From Squalus acanthias (lineage: Eukaryota): a stretch of 64,000 bases of DNA. This document shows, in pieces, positions 24,701-39,700 of this stretch. A program made the translations under genes and the position numbers. The DNA lies in assembly GCA_030390025.1 (NCBI GenBank), contig CM059431.1, positions 155,250,001-155,314,000 of the forward strand, read 5' to 3'. Positions within the stretch are counted from its first letter, which is position 1, and each line of letters opens with the position of its first letter. The notes below the pieces were generated by a model. That model made no database searches and was not told the origin of the DNA. It saw nothing but the letters and a program-made list of their open reading frames with translations.

Positions 24701-27700
24701 GATTTCTTTCAGTTCCTCCCTTTCATCAGCCCGTATGTTCTCCAACATCTCTGGGAGGTTATTTGTGTCCTCCTTTGTGAAGACAGAACCAAAATATGCA
24801 TTTAATTGGGCTGGCATTTCTTTGTTCCCCATTATAACTTCCCCCGCTTCTGACTGCAAGGGACCTACACTTGATTTCACTAATCTTTTTCTCTTCACAT
24901 ATCTATAAAAGCTCTTACAGTCAGTTTTTATGTTCCCAGCAAGCTTACTTTCATATTCTATTTTCCCCTTCTTAATTAATCCCTTTGTCCTCCGTTGTTG
25001 AATCCTAAACTGTTCCCAATCCTCAGGGCTACCGCATTTTCTGGTCAATTTATATGCCCTCTCCTTGGATATTATGCTATCCCTAATTTCCCTTGTTAGC
25101 CACGGTTGTTCACCCTTTTTGTTTTATTCTTATGCCACACTGGGCTGTACAAATTTTGTAGTTCATCCATGCAGTCTTTGAATGTTTGCCATTGCCTATC
25201 CACCGTCAACCCCTTGAGTGACATTCCCCAATGAATCCTACCCAATTCGCGCCTCATACCATCGTAGTTTCCTTTATTTAAATTCAGGACCCTAGTCTCT
25301 GATTCAACTACTTCACTCTCCATCCTAATGAAGAATTCTATCATATTATGATCACTCTGACCCAAGGGGCCTCGTACAACAAGATTGCTAATTAATCCTT
25401 TCTCGTTACATAATAACCAGTCTAAGATGGCTTGATCTCTGGTTGGTTCCTCGACATATTGTTCCAGAAAACCATCTCGTAAACATTCTAGGAATTCCTC
25501 CTCCACAGTATTTTTACTAATTTGGTTAGCCCAATCTATATGTAAATTAAATCACCCATGATGACTGCTGTGCCCTTACTGCATGCTTCTCTAATTTCCC
25601 TTCTAATGCCGTCCCCAACCTCCGTATTACTGTTTGGAGGTCTATATACCACTCCCACTAACGTTTTCTGCCCCTTGTTATTTCTCAGTTCTACCCACAC
25701 AGATTCCGCATCATCAGAGCTAATATCCTTCCTTTCAATTGTGTTAAACCCCTCTTTATCCTGCAATGCTGCCCCACCTCCCTTTCTTTTTTGCCTATCT
25801 TTCCCAAATAATCAATAACCCTGGATGTTGATTTCCCAGCCTTGGCCACCCTGGAGCCATGTTTCTGTAATCCCAATCAAATCGTATTCATTTACCTCTA
25901 TTTGCGCAGCTAATTCATCCACCTTGTTCCGAATGCACCTTGCATTAAGACACAAAGCCTTCAGGCTTGTTTTTTTAACGCTCTCAAACCTATATGAATT
26001 ATTATTTACTGTTACCATGTTTGATTTAAACCGTTGAGTTCTTTGCCTTCTACTTTTGTTTTTCTCCTTCCTGTCTTTAGCTTTTATCCTTATTTCCCTT
26101 TCCTCTGTCTCCCTGCTCAGGTTCTCAACCCCCTGCCACTTTAGTTTAAACCCTCCCCAACAGCACTAGCAAACACTCCCACTAGGACATCGGTCCCGGC
26201 CCTGCCCAGGTGCAGACCGTCCCGTTTGTACTGGTCCCACCTCCCCCAGAACCGGTTCCAATGTCCAAGGAATTTGAATCCCTCCCCCTTGCACCATTCC
26301 TCTAGCCACGTATTCATTTGAAATATCCTCCTATTTCTACTCTGAATAGCACGTGGCACTGGTAGCAATCCTGAGATTACTACCTTTGAGGTCCTCTTTT
26401 TTTAAATTTACGTCCTAACTCCCTATATTCTGCTTTTACGACCTCATCCCGTTTTCTACCTATATCGTTGATGCCTATGTGCACCACGACAACTGGCTGT
26501 TCGCCCTCCCCCTCCAAAGTGTTCTGTAGCCGCTCCGAGACGTCCTTGATCCTTGCACAAGGGAGGCAACACACCATCCTGGAGTCTCGATTGCGGCCGC
26601 AGAAACGCCTATCTATTCCATTTACAATTGAATCCCCTATCACTATAGCTCTTCCACACTTTTTCCTCCCAGCCTGTGCAGCAGAGCCACCCATGGTGCC
26701 AGGAAGTTGGCTGCTGCCGCCTTCCCCTGATAAGTCATCCCCCCCAACAGCATCCAAAGTGGTATATCTGTTTCTGAGGGGGATGGCCACAGGGGACCCC
26801 TGCACTACCTGCCTGCACTTCTTACTCTGCCTCGTTGTCACCCATTCACTTCCTGCCTGTACACCCTTTTCCTGCGGTGTGACCAACTCGCTAAACTTGT
26901 TATTCACGAGGTTCTCAGCATCGTGAATGCTCCAATATGCATCCATCCGCAGCTCCAGCGCCGCAATGCAGTCCGTTATTTGCTGCAGCTGGATACATTT
27001 CCCACACACATGGTCGTCAGGGACACAGAAAGTGTCCCTGATTTCCCACATATTGCAGGAGGAGCATATCACGGCGCCGAGCTCTGCTGCCATGACTTAC
27101 CCTTTAATTAATTAATTAAAATTAAACTAATTGAATCCCACCAATTTCACTTCAATTAAATGATATACTTAAGGGCCCTTGCTTAGCAGCAGTCCCCGCT
27201 ACACCACAGAGACTCCAGAAACTATTACCCACAGAATTTACGTATGGAAAAAAGGAGAAAAAGAGGAATACTCACCACCCAATCTGGTGACGTCACACTT
27301 TGATTATTTTCTACTTCTCTCTCTCCCGCTCTCGGGGCTCAGATTGGTAAGCCTACCTGTTCGCCGCTTCTTTTAAAGCCGCCGCCTCGCCGCTGTCGCT
27401 CCACCCAGGTCTGCCGCCTCTGTGGCAAAGACCCAATGGATATCCTGGAGCTAGATAGAACATCTAATAGCCACATATATCTAATCTCAGGAAAATAAAT
27501 TAACTGACATATTTAAAATAAGCTGTCGCTCACGGCCGAGAAATTCTGTCCTTTCTTTAGCAAAGCAGACGTGCATTTTAATTAAACGAGACGATTCGTG
27601 TGAGTAACTGCCGGTGGCACCAATTTCTGCTACTTTCTACTGAACATATCCAAGTCGTTGCTTCCATTTCTTTTCTCCTTCCAACTTCACTGCATGGCTG

Positions 27701-30700
27701 ATTCTACCTGCCTATCTACTAATTTCCCTGCCACAGTTATTATTTATAATTTATAATTAACAACCTCAAAATATCTGCATTATTCTTCGTCTCACCAAGC
27801 ATTCGCAAAATTCATCCAGTCCATGGGTTACGCAACTTTAAGCCTTTACGTTCATTCTTCTGCCCAATACTCAGGGACATAACATTACCGGCATCTCCAG
27901 TCATGACAGCCATCATGTCCTATTTAAAATAAAATTCCGAGTCTCATCCATGATGTCTATCTGATCCCTTTACGAATATTTCCTGAAGTTATGTAACACA
28001 TATATTAATAAAGCATGGTGAATAAAGCTGATTAGTTGAAGGTAGCGATTGTCTGATGATGCTCTAGGAAGTTATTATATGAAGACATGGTTAATGTAAG
28101 CGCACGGCTGGGAGCATGGCGTTAATGGGCCGGTTATTCCGATCCTTACGGGTGTGTACGCGCTGGGGACATCGGAAATGCCGGTTTCAGGCATGCCAAG
28201 CGCATGCGCTGGAATCCGTAATTTCCGATCTGTCAAGAATGCTCTTGACAGATTGGACGCCTAGCCTGGAGAAGGTCCTCTGCGGACGGATAGTTCAGCT
28301 TTCTGGAGAACCCCCGCCTGCAGAAAACCATTAGAAATCGTATGCCTGGTAAAAGCAGGGCTAAGGCTTGCTTTTACTATGTTGTGGGTTTAAATTCCAT
28401 TCATATATTTGTCAGGTCTTCCTGTCAAATGTGTGAAGGGAGATTCCCTTCTCTGATTGGCTCCCTACGTAATCCCAGGGACGCTGCGAACCGCCTGCGC
28501 CTCTGGGATACGTTGGCCCTGCGCACCGGAAGTTCGGAGAGACCAAGCAACGGAACTCTGCGCCTCCCGGGACCCTTCCGGTCCAGGCACAGATTTTTCA
28601 AGATCGCAGTCGTCCGCCCACGGGCGGCCTGCGAAAGGAATTTCTGGGCCACTATGTTTTTGGGGTGATCTCCATTCATATATTTGAAAGGTCTTCCTGT
28701 CAAGTGTATGAATGCAGTTCCCCTACATTGATTGGCTCCCCATGGCCCACATGATCCCAGGCACCCTGTAATCTGCCTGTGCCTCTGGGATAATAGGGCC
28801 CTGCGCGAAGCGGAGATTGGAGAGGCCCAGGATCGGAATCGTGTGCGTCCCGGGATCCCGAAGGTAAGGGCGTAGATTATTATAGATTGCAGAACTGCGG
28901 ATCCGGGATTCCTGCGATCGAAAAACAAGGCCATTAACTATGGGGAGTTCATTTTCATTCACAAGTAGTAGGTCACGAATTGAGGAAGAGATATATTGAA
29001 AAAATTTAGACATATTAGCGAGGGTATCAGAGATATGGGCGACTTAAAATATCTAAAGTATTGAAGTGATGTACCGGTGGAAGAGGTAGTGTGCTATCTG
29101 CCACGTATCCAGGACGTGAGATAGATGGGTACGTTTGCAGAACAACAGGGAAGGAATGAGTATTGGATCCATTACTGCAAACGGATAACGGATATCTAAG
29201 AAGCAATGATATCATTAGAATTCAGAAGAACAGTAAATCAAAGCAATATATATGTACAGGATAACCAATTTCAACAAATCAAGAACACACTAGCCCAGAT
29301 ATATTGGGACGGAATGGATCAGTTAATTCCGTCGGGAAGCAATACGAAGGAACCAAGTAGGAAATGATTGCGATACGATATATAGGAATTACACGATAAT
29401 AAAACGGGTGGAGCACATACAAGAATTACTTGGATGTGCATAGAAAAAGAAATGAAATGTAGATTTACAAATTGAATGTAGGGGGTTGATTATATAAATC
29501 AAATCAAAGAAACTTAGAGGTTAACGAGCAGAAGGTAAAACGTTGACAGTTTAAGAATTTGGTGATTGGCATGAGACAGTATTCGGGACAATGATCACAT
29601 TTCATAAACACTTCAATTAAAATAGTTACTCATAAGACAGGACTATTCATGTATTCAAAGCAAATGGTTCATACAGAAGATGAAGGATTGACTGATAAGC
29701 TTGTGCTGCTATTTCGATGAATGATGCTTGAAATGAACGGAATTCTATTTGCAATCAATGGTAAAGAAATACGGACGCGTGTAACACGAGCCGCCCATTC
29801 GCTGTCAGCACCTGTCATGCGACTGGCCGATTCCAATTTCACCCGCATTGTTTTACAATCTGTGCAGTTTGAGTTTCTAAAAGCACATTGTGAGCTTTCC
29901 AGAGCATTGCTGTTACTAACAACAAATAATGCTTCATTTTGCACGAACCATATTCCTGAAATCTGACTTTTCCCCTTTTATTTGGCACTTAACATTTTTT
30001 CATATCAGTTGAGAAAATTCAGCTTCCCTCGGTGACTGAACGCTGGTCCTCTCTATCTCTGCAACATCCTCCAGCCCTACACTCCTCCGTGATCTCTGTG
30101 CTCATCAAATTCTGAACCATTGCGCTACCCCGATTCTCTGCACGCCTCGATTGGTAGTGCTGCCTCGGTCCTAAACTCTGGAATTTACTCTGTAATCCTC
30201 TTCGGCCGTCTGCCATTCTCTGCTCTTTAGAGACGCTCCTTATAACTTATCACGTTGACATAGATTTTGGTCACCTCATTGTGAGCTTTTCTATTCATTC
30301 CTCCCATAAAGAGAGGGAGAAACAAAACCGACGTTTCTTTGCTGATTTTGTAAATTACTTTGTTCAATATGATTGCAATATTTTTTTAGGAAATCAGTAC
30401 ACTTGCTGAAAGTCAGCGCAGAAACGATGCTTCCCAACGCATTTTCGATACCGTGCTGGAAAAGGGAGCTCGGGGAGAAAGAACAATGTGGAACATATTT
30501 CTTCAACTGCAGAATACAAAACCCAAACTGAAAGCGACATTGTCAGAGATACAGAACAGAGGTACAGGGACAAAACATGATCTAGAAGGTAGGCGATGTC
30601 AAAATCTAATTGCAAAAGATCTCGTTTACTTTCAGAGTAAGAGAGTTCATTATTTATGTCGAGGAACTTATTTTAATTTAATGTCCAGGAGGATGAAATT

Positions 30701-33700
30701 CTAATTGTCGTGGACACACAGTGGCCGGATCACATTTGCCGACAGTTACACACACGCCCGATATTCAGCTCAATTCAAGTTTATTCGCGCGCAACATATA
30801 ATAGGCGATGGATGCGATACGGCCTGTGTTTTGTCCTCGGCGAAAAATGGCAGGTATTGCATCTGCTGCCCGTTGTTCGCTCGGTCCTATGTTCCCATCC
30901 TTTGACTCCAATAAAATTGCAGAGGCTCCGCTGTGCCCACCCAGAGCCGGTAATCAGTGAAATCTCTCAAATCAGGGAAGCTGATTTAATCTTCGGCTCT
31001 TTCACAGTAATTGCGCTCTTGAATTCCCCACTAAAAGTTTGACTGAAAGGGAAGGGTGTAACTGGATTGCAACAGCGTATTGAATTCTAAACAAATGTGA
31101 TGGCCAGAAAATCTAATTTAAATTTTGTGCAGAGACAACTTTATTCATTTGAATAAAAATTAACATTATTCTGAAAATGTAATTATTTTAAAGGATTTTT
31201 CCTCCTTATTTCTGCTTTGCATTTTCCCCATGTTAGAGCCCCAATATTTGTTTCGTTAGCTCAATCATTTTTTCAAATGTTAGAAGTTTAACAGCTTATT
31301 CACTTCCTTGTTCGCTGTCTGTGAGAATTCTGCGTTTTGGTTGAATGCTTCGACAGCCTGTTGACTTCACATCAGCTTGTACTCGGGAATCCCAATGATG
31401 CTCCGTTGATTTGAATTACACTTCGGAAAACCTGATTGCGAGATCTTCGTGTCAAGCTTACTTTGTGGCCGCAGCAAATGCCTTTGCTTCGCGCTGACCG
31501 CTAATTCCGGCCGTTCTTTATTTATTATCTCTCAGGTTTTTCTACTTCCATCGATAGGCATTTTAGAATCAGTTACATTCAATTATGATTCCTACCAGCT
31601 ATTGTTATGTTTCAGATGTGGTATTTGAGATTTAATTATTCATTCAATTTGATATCAATAACTTTTTCCCAATGGTGTGTTCTTGTAATTGTTGTATTGA
31701 TATCTATCAAATTTATTTTGAGTATATTTTGATTCACAGTATTTCAATTTCTCCGGTCCGTATCGCAGTTTAGTTTTCCCAAGAAAGAAGGAATGAGCTT
31801 GCATTTACTGTTACTTTCTTTAACTATCTGTGCATTATTTATTAGCTCTTTAAGCTAACAAGCGACAGTCACGACTATTTCTAATTGATCAGCAGCATCT
31901 GGTGATTCCAAGCAATACATTTCGAATGGATTCTCAGATCACCGTCCGCAACCATCATATTTTAATTTTCTGGATATATTCTAACATATGAATATTTTCT
32001 CGTGATTTAGATACGTTTTTGTGAGGTTTAGACTCGATTCCTTAAACGACTTTTGGGCACTGCCAGATAGAATCCCCAGAGCTCGACTGCTTCAATTCAT
32101 CAGTTCACCCTCATTTCCACTTATCCATAATCCCGTTCGTCGGTGACCGACATACACTTGCTATCCCAGACAATTTGTGAAAGACTCCTACTCATCTACA
32201 ATTCCCTTTAGGGTCTGGAGCGTCTTAATTTTACAGTCTTCTTCATAAACCCTCTTTTATTTCTGGTCCATCCTCTCCCTTTGCTGTGGTCCCCAGATTA
32301 TTGCTTCCTCTGCTCCGGACTCCAACAAAGTCGTTAGCAACACTGTCTGGAATCCGTTGCCTTGGGCTTCCACTCTTTAATTCCTACTTACTTTAAACAA
32401 CCTCCACATGTTGCAAGATCTAGGTCGTTTCTCTTAACTCTACGAAAAAGAGGCAGCTTTAACTCTAAATTCCTGCTCTGTGCGGCGCCATTGGCCGTCT
32501 CACTGTTTGAAAGGCTCTAAAGAAAAGCTGCTGCTCTAAATGTTAGTTCAAATTATTCATTGCTTCAAAGCAAACATAGTATTGTAACCTGTTCTCATTT
32601 ACACTTTTACAGAAAATTCAGATACTAAAATGTTACTAATGTTGGCGAGCTACACGGATATCCAGCTTGGAAGAATTATCGGCTGCTACCGTCAGAGACT
32701 AGAATCGTCAATTGAAGAATTCGTGGAAGCTGTTAGTCAATCGCTCTTAGATACAAACGTGTTTACTGAAACAATTCATAAGGTATGCTACATATATGTT
32801 GGAATTGTCTAAATGGCCTCCTAAATTTGAGACGGGTTGGTGAGAGATTGTTCAAGTCGGTCCGGAACGGCATGGCTTTGCTGGTTTAAAGGTTGTATTC
32901 TCTGGCGTCTTTATGTTCGCGGCGTAGGTGTGGTGGTGCGAGGACTTTATAGCCATGGGGTGAATGATAACAACCTTCTCACGGCCCACCCTTTTACGTG
33001 CTCTTATATTACAGCTAATATTGTCTCAAAGGAAACAGAACTTGTCGTTTTTACTGCGATAAATAATAAGAGAACAGCATCTCATGTTATAAACATGAGT
33101 TCATCGTGGAAGAAATCTCGACCCAAATATCGTCAGCTGCATCATCAATTAATTTTTTTGTGTCATACGGTCAGAATTTGGCCTGTACACTGATGATTGC
33201 AGTGTTCAATTCCATTCCCAATTCCTCAGGTAACTAAACAGTCCATGCCCGTATGCAACTAGATCTGGTCAATATGCCTGTTTTGGTGGATAATTAGCAA
33301 GTAACATTTGTGCCGCATAAGTGACAGGCAAAAACCCTCTGCAGAAAGAGACTCTCTAATCAACTGATAATTCACTGGAAAACATCTTGCAGTTAAGCTA
33401 TTTACCTTGGCCGTATTTCTGCAGGGATTCGGGTTACTGTTGTGTCTGTAATCGGACATGAATGGCATCCTATCCAAGGAGCAATTAATTCAAATTTCAG
33501 GATTTCAACGAGCCCGCCAAGACAGAATGGCTCGTATTTTCCGATGCCTACGTGTGAGTACGCGCTGTGTACACACCCGTAGGGACATCGGTAATGCCGG
33601 TTTCAGGCATGCAAAGCGCTTTCGCTGAAAATCGCCATTTCCGATCTGTCAAGAATCATCTTGACTGATCGGACTCTTGCCCCAGAGAAGGGCCTCTGCG

Positions 33701-36700
33701 GGTGGAGATTTGCGCTTGCTGCACGACATCCGCTCTTGAAAACACTTAAAAATCGTACTTCTGGTAAAAGCAGGCGTAAGGCCTGCTTTTCCCAGCACAA
33801 GTGTTTAAATAAGTAAAAATATATATATTTTTTCACTCATTTATAATTTTAAAGTACTTCTAAATAAGGTAAGTTTAATTTTAGCTCCGTAATAAACTTA
33901 AATTTTTTTTTCCAAACATAAAATTTTTGTTTAAAATATTTAAATTAATAAAATTTTACTCATTTTAAAACGCAATGCTTTTTAAAAATGTATTTATTGT
34001 TTTGATTTGTTTTTGTTGTGATCTCCATTCATACCTTTGACAGGTCTATCTGTGAAAGGTATGAAGGGAGATTCCCTTTTCTTCTCTCGCCTGTCCACCT
34101 ATCTCAGGGGCTCACGAGCTTCGCAAGCGTCACTGGGATCAGGTGGGCCCTCTGCATTTCTACTGTGGACAGGCCCAGGATCGGAAATGGCTCCTCCTCG
34201 GGAGCCCTCAGGTAATGGCGTAGATTTCTTCCCGACAGGAGGCATCCGCAGCAGGAAGCCTCCTAACGGAAATTACGGGCCAAATATTGTAATGAATATT
34301 TGAATAAGATACCACTAGCAGCACAAGCATCACGCCTCCTCAGCAAAGACCCAATGGATATCCTGGAGCTAGATAGAACAACTAAAGCCACATATATCTA
34401 ATCTCAGGAAAATAAATTAGCTGACATATTTAAAATAAGCTGTCTCTCACGGCCGAGAAATTCTGTCCGTTCTTTAGCAAAGCAGACGTGCATTTTAATT
34501 AAACGAGACGATTCGTGTGAGTCACTGCCGGTGGCACCAATTTCTAGAACGTTCTACTGAACATATCTAAGACGTTGCTTCCATTTCTTTTCTCCTTTCA
34601 ACTTCACTGCATGGCTGAGTCTACCAGCCTATCTACCAACTTCCCTGCCACAGTTATTACTTATAATTAACAACCTCAAAAAATCTGCATTATTCTACGT
34701 CTCACCAAGCACTCGCAAAATTCATCCAGTCCAGGGGTTACGCAACTTTAAGCCTTCACGTTCATTCTTCTGCCCAATGCTCAGGGACATCAACATTAGC
34801 GGCATCTCCTGTCATGACAGCCATCATGTCCTATTAAAAATAAAATTCCGAGTCTCATCCATGATGTCTAGCTGATCTCTTTTCGAATACTTCCTGAAGT
34901 TATGTAACATATATATTAATAAAGAATGGTGAATAAAGCTGATTAGTTGAAGGTAGCGATTGTCTGATGATGCTGTAGCAAGTTATGATATGAAGAAATT
35001 AACACCTACGTGTTAATGTTAGCGGACGGCTGGGAGCTTGGCGTTAATGGGCCGGTAATTCCGATCCTTACGGGTGTGTACGTGCTGTGTACACAACCGT
35101 AGGAACAACGGAAATGCCGGTTTTAGGCATGCCAAGCGCATGCGCTGAAATCCGAAATTTTCGATCTGTCAAGAATGCTCTTGACAGATTGGACGCCTAG
35201 CCTGGAGAAGGTCCTCTGCGGACGGATAGTTCCGCTTTCTGGAGAACCCCCGCCTGCAGAAAACCGTTAGAAATTGTATGCCTGCGAAAAGCAGGGCTAA
35301 GGCTTGCTTTTACTATGTTTTGGGGGTGAATTTCATTCATATATTTGATAGGTCTTTCTGTCAAATGTATGAAGGGAGATTCACGTCTCTGATTGGCTCC
35401 CTACGTGACCCCAGGGACGCTGCGAACCGCCTGCGCCTCTGGGATACGTGGGCCCTGCGCACCGGAAGTTTGGTGAGATCAAGCAACGGAATTCTGCGCC
35501 TCCCGGGACCCCTCCGGTCGAGGCACACATTTTTCAAGATCGCAGTCGTCCGCCCACGGGCGGCCTGCGAAAGGAATTTCTGGGCCACTATGTTTTTGGG
35601 GTGATCTCCATTCATATATTTGACAGTTCTTCCTTTCAAGTGTATGAATGCAGTTTTCCTACTTTGATTGGCTCCCCATGGCCCATATGATCCCAGGCAC
35701 CATGTAATCTGCCTGATCCTCTGGGATAAATGTGCCCTGCGCAAGTGGAGATTGGAGAGGCCCAGGATCGGAATCGTGTGCGTCCCGGGATCCCGAAGGT
35801 AAGGGCGTAGATTTTTCCAGATTGCAGACCTGTGCACCCAGGATTCTTGCGATCGAAAAAACTGGGCATTAAGTATGAAAAGTTCATTATCATGCACAAG
35901 TGGTGGGTCACGGATTGAGGAAGCGATATATTGAAAAAATTGAGACATTTTAGCGAGGGTATCAGAGATATGGATGACTTTAAATATCTATAGTATAGAA
36001 GTGATGTACGGGTGGAAGAGGGAGTGTGCTATCTGCCACGTATCCAGGACGTGAGATAGATGGGTACGTTTCCAGAACAACAGGGAAGGAATGAGTATTG
36101 GATCCATTTCTGCAAACGGATAACGGATATCTGAGAAGCAATGATATCATTAGAATTCAGAAGAACAGTAAATCAAAGCAATATATATGTACAGGATAAC
36201 CAATTTCAACAAATCAAGAACACACTAGCCCAGATATATTGGGACGGAATGGATCAGTTAATTTAATCGGGAAGCAATACGAAGGTACCAAGTAGGAAAT
36301 GATTGCGATACGATATATAGGAATTACACGATAATAAAACGGGTGGAGCACATACAAGAATTACTTGGATGTGCATAGAAAAGGAAATGAAAAGCAGATT
36401 TAAAAATAGAATGTAGGGGGTTGATTATATAAATCAAATCAAAGAAACATAGAGGTTAACGAGCAGAAGGTAAAACGTTGACAGTTTAAGAATTTGGTGA
36501 TTGGCAGGTGACAGAATTCGGGACAATGATCAAATTTCATAAATACTTCAAGTAAAATAGTTACTCATAAGACAGGACTATTCAGGTATTCAAAGCAAAT
36601 GGTTCATATAGAAGATGAAGGATTGACTGATTAGCTTATGCTGCTGATTCGATGAATGATACTTGAAATGAACGGAAGTCTAATTGCAATCAATGGTAAA

Positions 36701-39700
36701 GAAATACGGACGCGTGTAACACGAGCCGAACATTCGCTATCAGCACCTGTCATGCGACTGGCCGATACCAATTTAACCCGCATTGCTTTACAATCTGAGC
36801 AGTTTTAGTTTCTAAAAGCACATTTTTGGACTGTGGGAGGAAACCGGAGCACCCGGAGGAAACCCACGGAGACCCGGGTTCGAATCTGACCTCGGGTGAC
36901 TGTCTGTGTGGAGTTTGCACATTCTCCCCGTGTCTGCGTGGGTTTCCTCCGGGTGCTCCGGTTTCCTCCCACAGTCCAAAAATGTGCGGGTTAGGTTGAT
37001 TTGGCTATGATAAATTGACCCTTAGTGTTAGGGGGGGATTAAATATGTGGGGTTATGGGGATAGGATGGGATATGTTAGGGGGAATTAAATACGTGGGGT
37101 TACGGGGGTAGGGTGGGATATGTGTACTGTGGAGATTAAAGCAGGGACAGGGTACTGGATTTGGATGATCAGCCATGATCGTATTGAATGGTGGAGCAGG
37201 CTCGATGGGCCGAATGGCCTACTCCTGCTCCTAGATTCTATGTTTCTATGTTTCTATGTTGTGAGCTTTCCAGAACATTGCTGTTACTTACAACAAATAA
37301 TGGTTCATTTTGCACGAACCATATTCCTGAAATCTGACTTTTCCCCTTTTATTTGGCACTTAACATTTTTTCATATCAGTTGAGAAAATTCAGCTTCCAT
37401 CGGTGACTCAACGCTGGACCTCTCTATCTCTGAAACATCCTCCAGCCCTACAATCCTCCGTGATCTCTGTGCTCATCAAATTCTGAACCATTGCGCAACC
37501 CCGATTCTCTTCACGCCTCGATTGGTAGCCGTGCGTTGTGCTGCCTCGGTCCTAAACTCTGTAATTAACTCTGTAATCCTCTCCAGCCGTCTGCCATTCT
37601 CTGCTCTTTAGAGACGCTCCTTATAAATTATCTCGTTGACATAGATTTTGGTCACCTCATTGTGAGCTTTTCTATTCATTCCTCCCATAAAGAGAGGGAG
37701 AAACAAAACCGACGTTTCTTTGCTGATTTTGTAAAATACTTTGTTTAATATGATTGCAATATTTTTTTAGGAAATCAGTACACTTGCTGAAAGTCAGCGC
37801 AGAAACGATGCTTCCCAACGCATTTTCGATACCGCGCTGGAAAAGGGAGCTCGGGGAGAAAGAACAATGTGGAACATATTTCTTCAACTGCAGAATACAA
37901 AACCCAAACTGAAAGCGACTTTGTCAGAGATAGAGAACAGAGGTACAGGGACAAAAGATGATCTAGAAGGTAGGCGATTTCAAAATCTAATTGCAAAAGA
38001 TCTCGTTTACTTTCAGATAGTTCATTATTTATGTCGAGGAACTTATTTTAAGTTAATGTCCAGGAGGATGAAATTCTAATTATCGGGGACACACAATGGC
38101 CGGATCACATTCGCCGACAGTTTCACACACGCCCGATATTCAGATCAATTCAAGTTTATTCGCGCGCAACATATAATAGGCGATGGATGCGATAAGGACT
38201 GTGTTTTTTTCCTCGGCGAAAAATTGCAGGTATTGCATCTGCTGCACGTTCTTCGCTCGGTCCTATGTTCCCTTCCTTTGACTGCAATGAAATTTCAGAG
38301 GCTGCGCTGTGCCCAGACAGAGCCGGTAATCAGGGAAATCTCTCAAATCAGGGAAACTGATGTAATCTTCGGCTCTTTCACGGTAATTGCGCTGTTGAAT
38401 TCCCCACTAAAAGTTTTACTGAAAGGGAAGGGTGTAACTAGATTGCAAAAGCGTATTTAATTCTAAACAAATGTGACTGCCAGAAAATCTAATTTTAATT
38501 TTGTGCAGAGACAACTTTATTCATTTAAATAAAAATTAACATTATTCTGAGAATGTAATTATTTTAAAAGATTTTTCAACCTTATTTCTGCTTTGCATTT
38601 TCCGCATGTTAGAGCCCCAATATTTGTATCGTTCGCTGAATCATTTTGTTAAATGTTAGAAGTTTAACAGCTTATTCACTTCCTTGTTCGCTGTCTGTGA
38701 GAATTCTGCGTTTTGGTTGGATGCTTAGACAGCCTGTTGACTTCACAGCAGCTTGCACTCGGGATTCCCAATGATGCTCCGTTGATTTGAATTACACATC
38801 CGAAAACCTGATTGCGAGATCTTTGTGTCAAGCTTACTTTGTGGCCGCAGCAAATGCCTTTGCTTCGCGCTGATCGCTAATTCCGGGCCGTTATTTATTT
38901 AGTATCTCTCAGGCCTTTCTACTTCCATCGATAGGCATTTTAGAATCAGTTACAATCAATTATGATTCCTACCAGCTATTGTCATGTTTCAGATGTGGTA
39001 TTTGGGATTTAGTTATTATTTAAATTTGATATCAATAACTTTTTTCCAATCGTGTGTTCTTGTAATTGTTGTACTGATATCTATCAAATTTACTTTGAGT
39101 ACATTTAGATTCACAGTATTTCAATTTCTCCGGTCCGTATCGCAGTTTAGTTTTCCCAAGATAGAAGGAATGAGCTTGCATTTACTGTTACTTTCTTTAA
39201 CTATCTGTGCATTATTTATTAGCTCTTTAGGCTAACAAGCGACAGTCACGACTATTTCTAATTGCTCAGCAGCATCTGGTGATTCCAAGCAATAAATTTC
39301 GAATGGATTCTCAGATCACCGTCCGCAACCATCATATTTTAATTTTCTGGATATATGATAACATATGAATATTTGCTCGTGATTTAGATACGCTTTTGTG
39401 ACGTTTAGACGCGATTCCTTAAACGACTTTTGGGCACTGCCAGATAGAATCTCCAGAGCTCGACTGCTTCAATTCATCAATTCACCCTCATTTCCACTTA
39501 TCGCTAATCCCAATCGTCGGTGACCGACATTCACTTGCTGTCCCAGACAATTTGTGAAAGACTCCTGCTCATCTACAATTCCCTTTACGGTCTCGAGCGT
39601 CTTAATTTTATAGTCTTCTTCAGAAACACTCTTTTATTTCTGGTCTATCCTCTCCCTTTGCTGTTTTCCCCAGATTATTGGTTCCTCTGCTCCGGACTCC

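Larger units (their letters stand above)
20412..32392 (+). repeat. Tandem unit 3 (~6.9-kb core plus MITE and near full-length CR1)
   Basis: Colinear high-identity copy. Confidence 0.95.
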
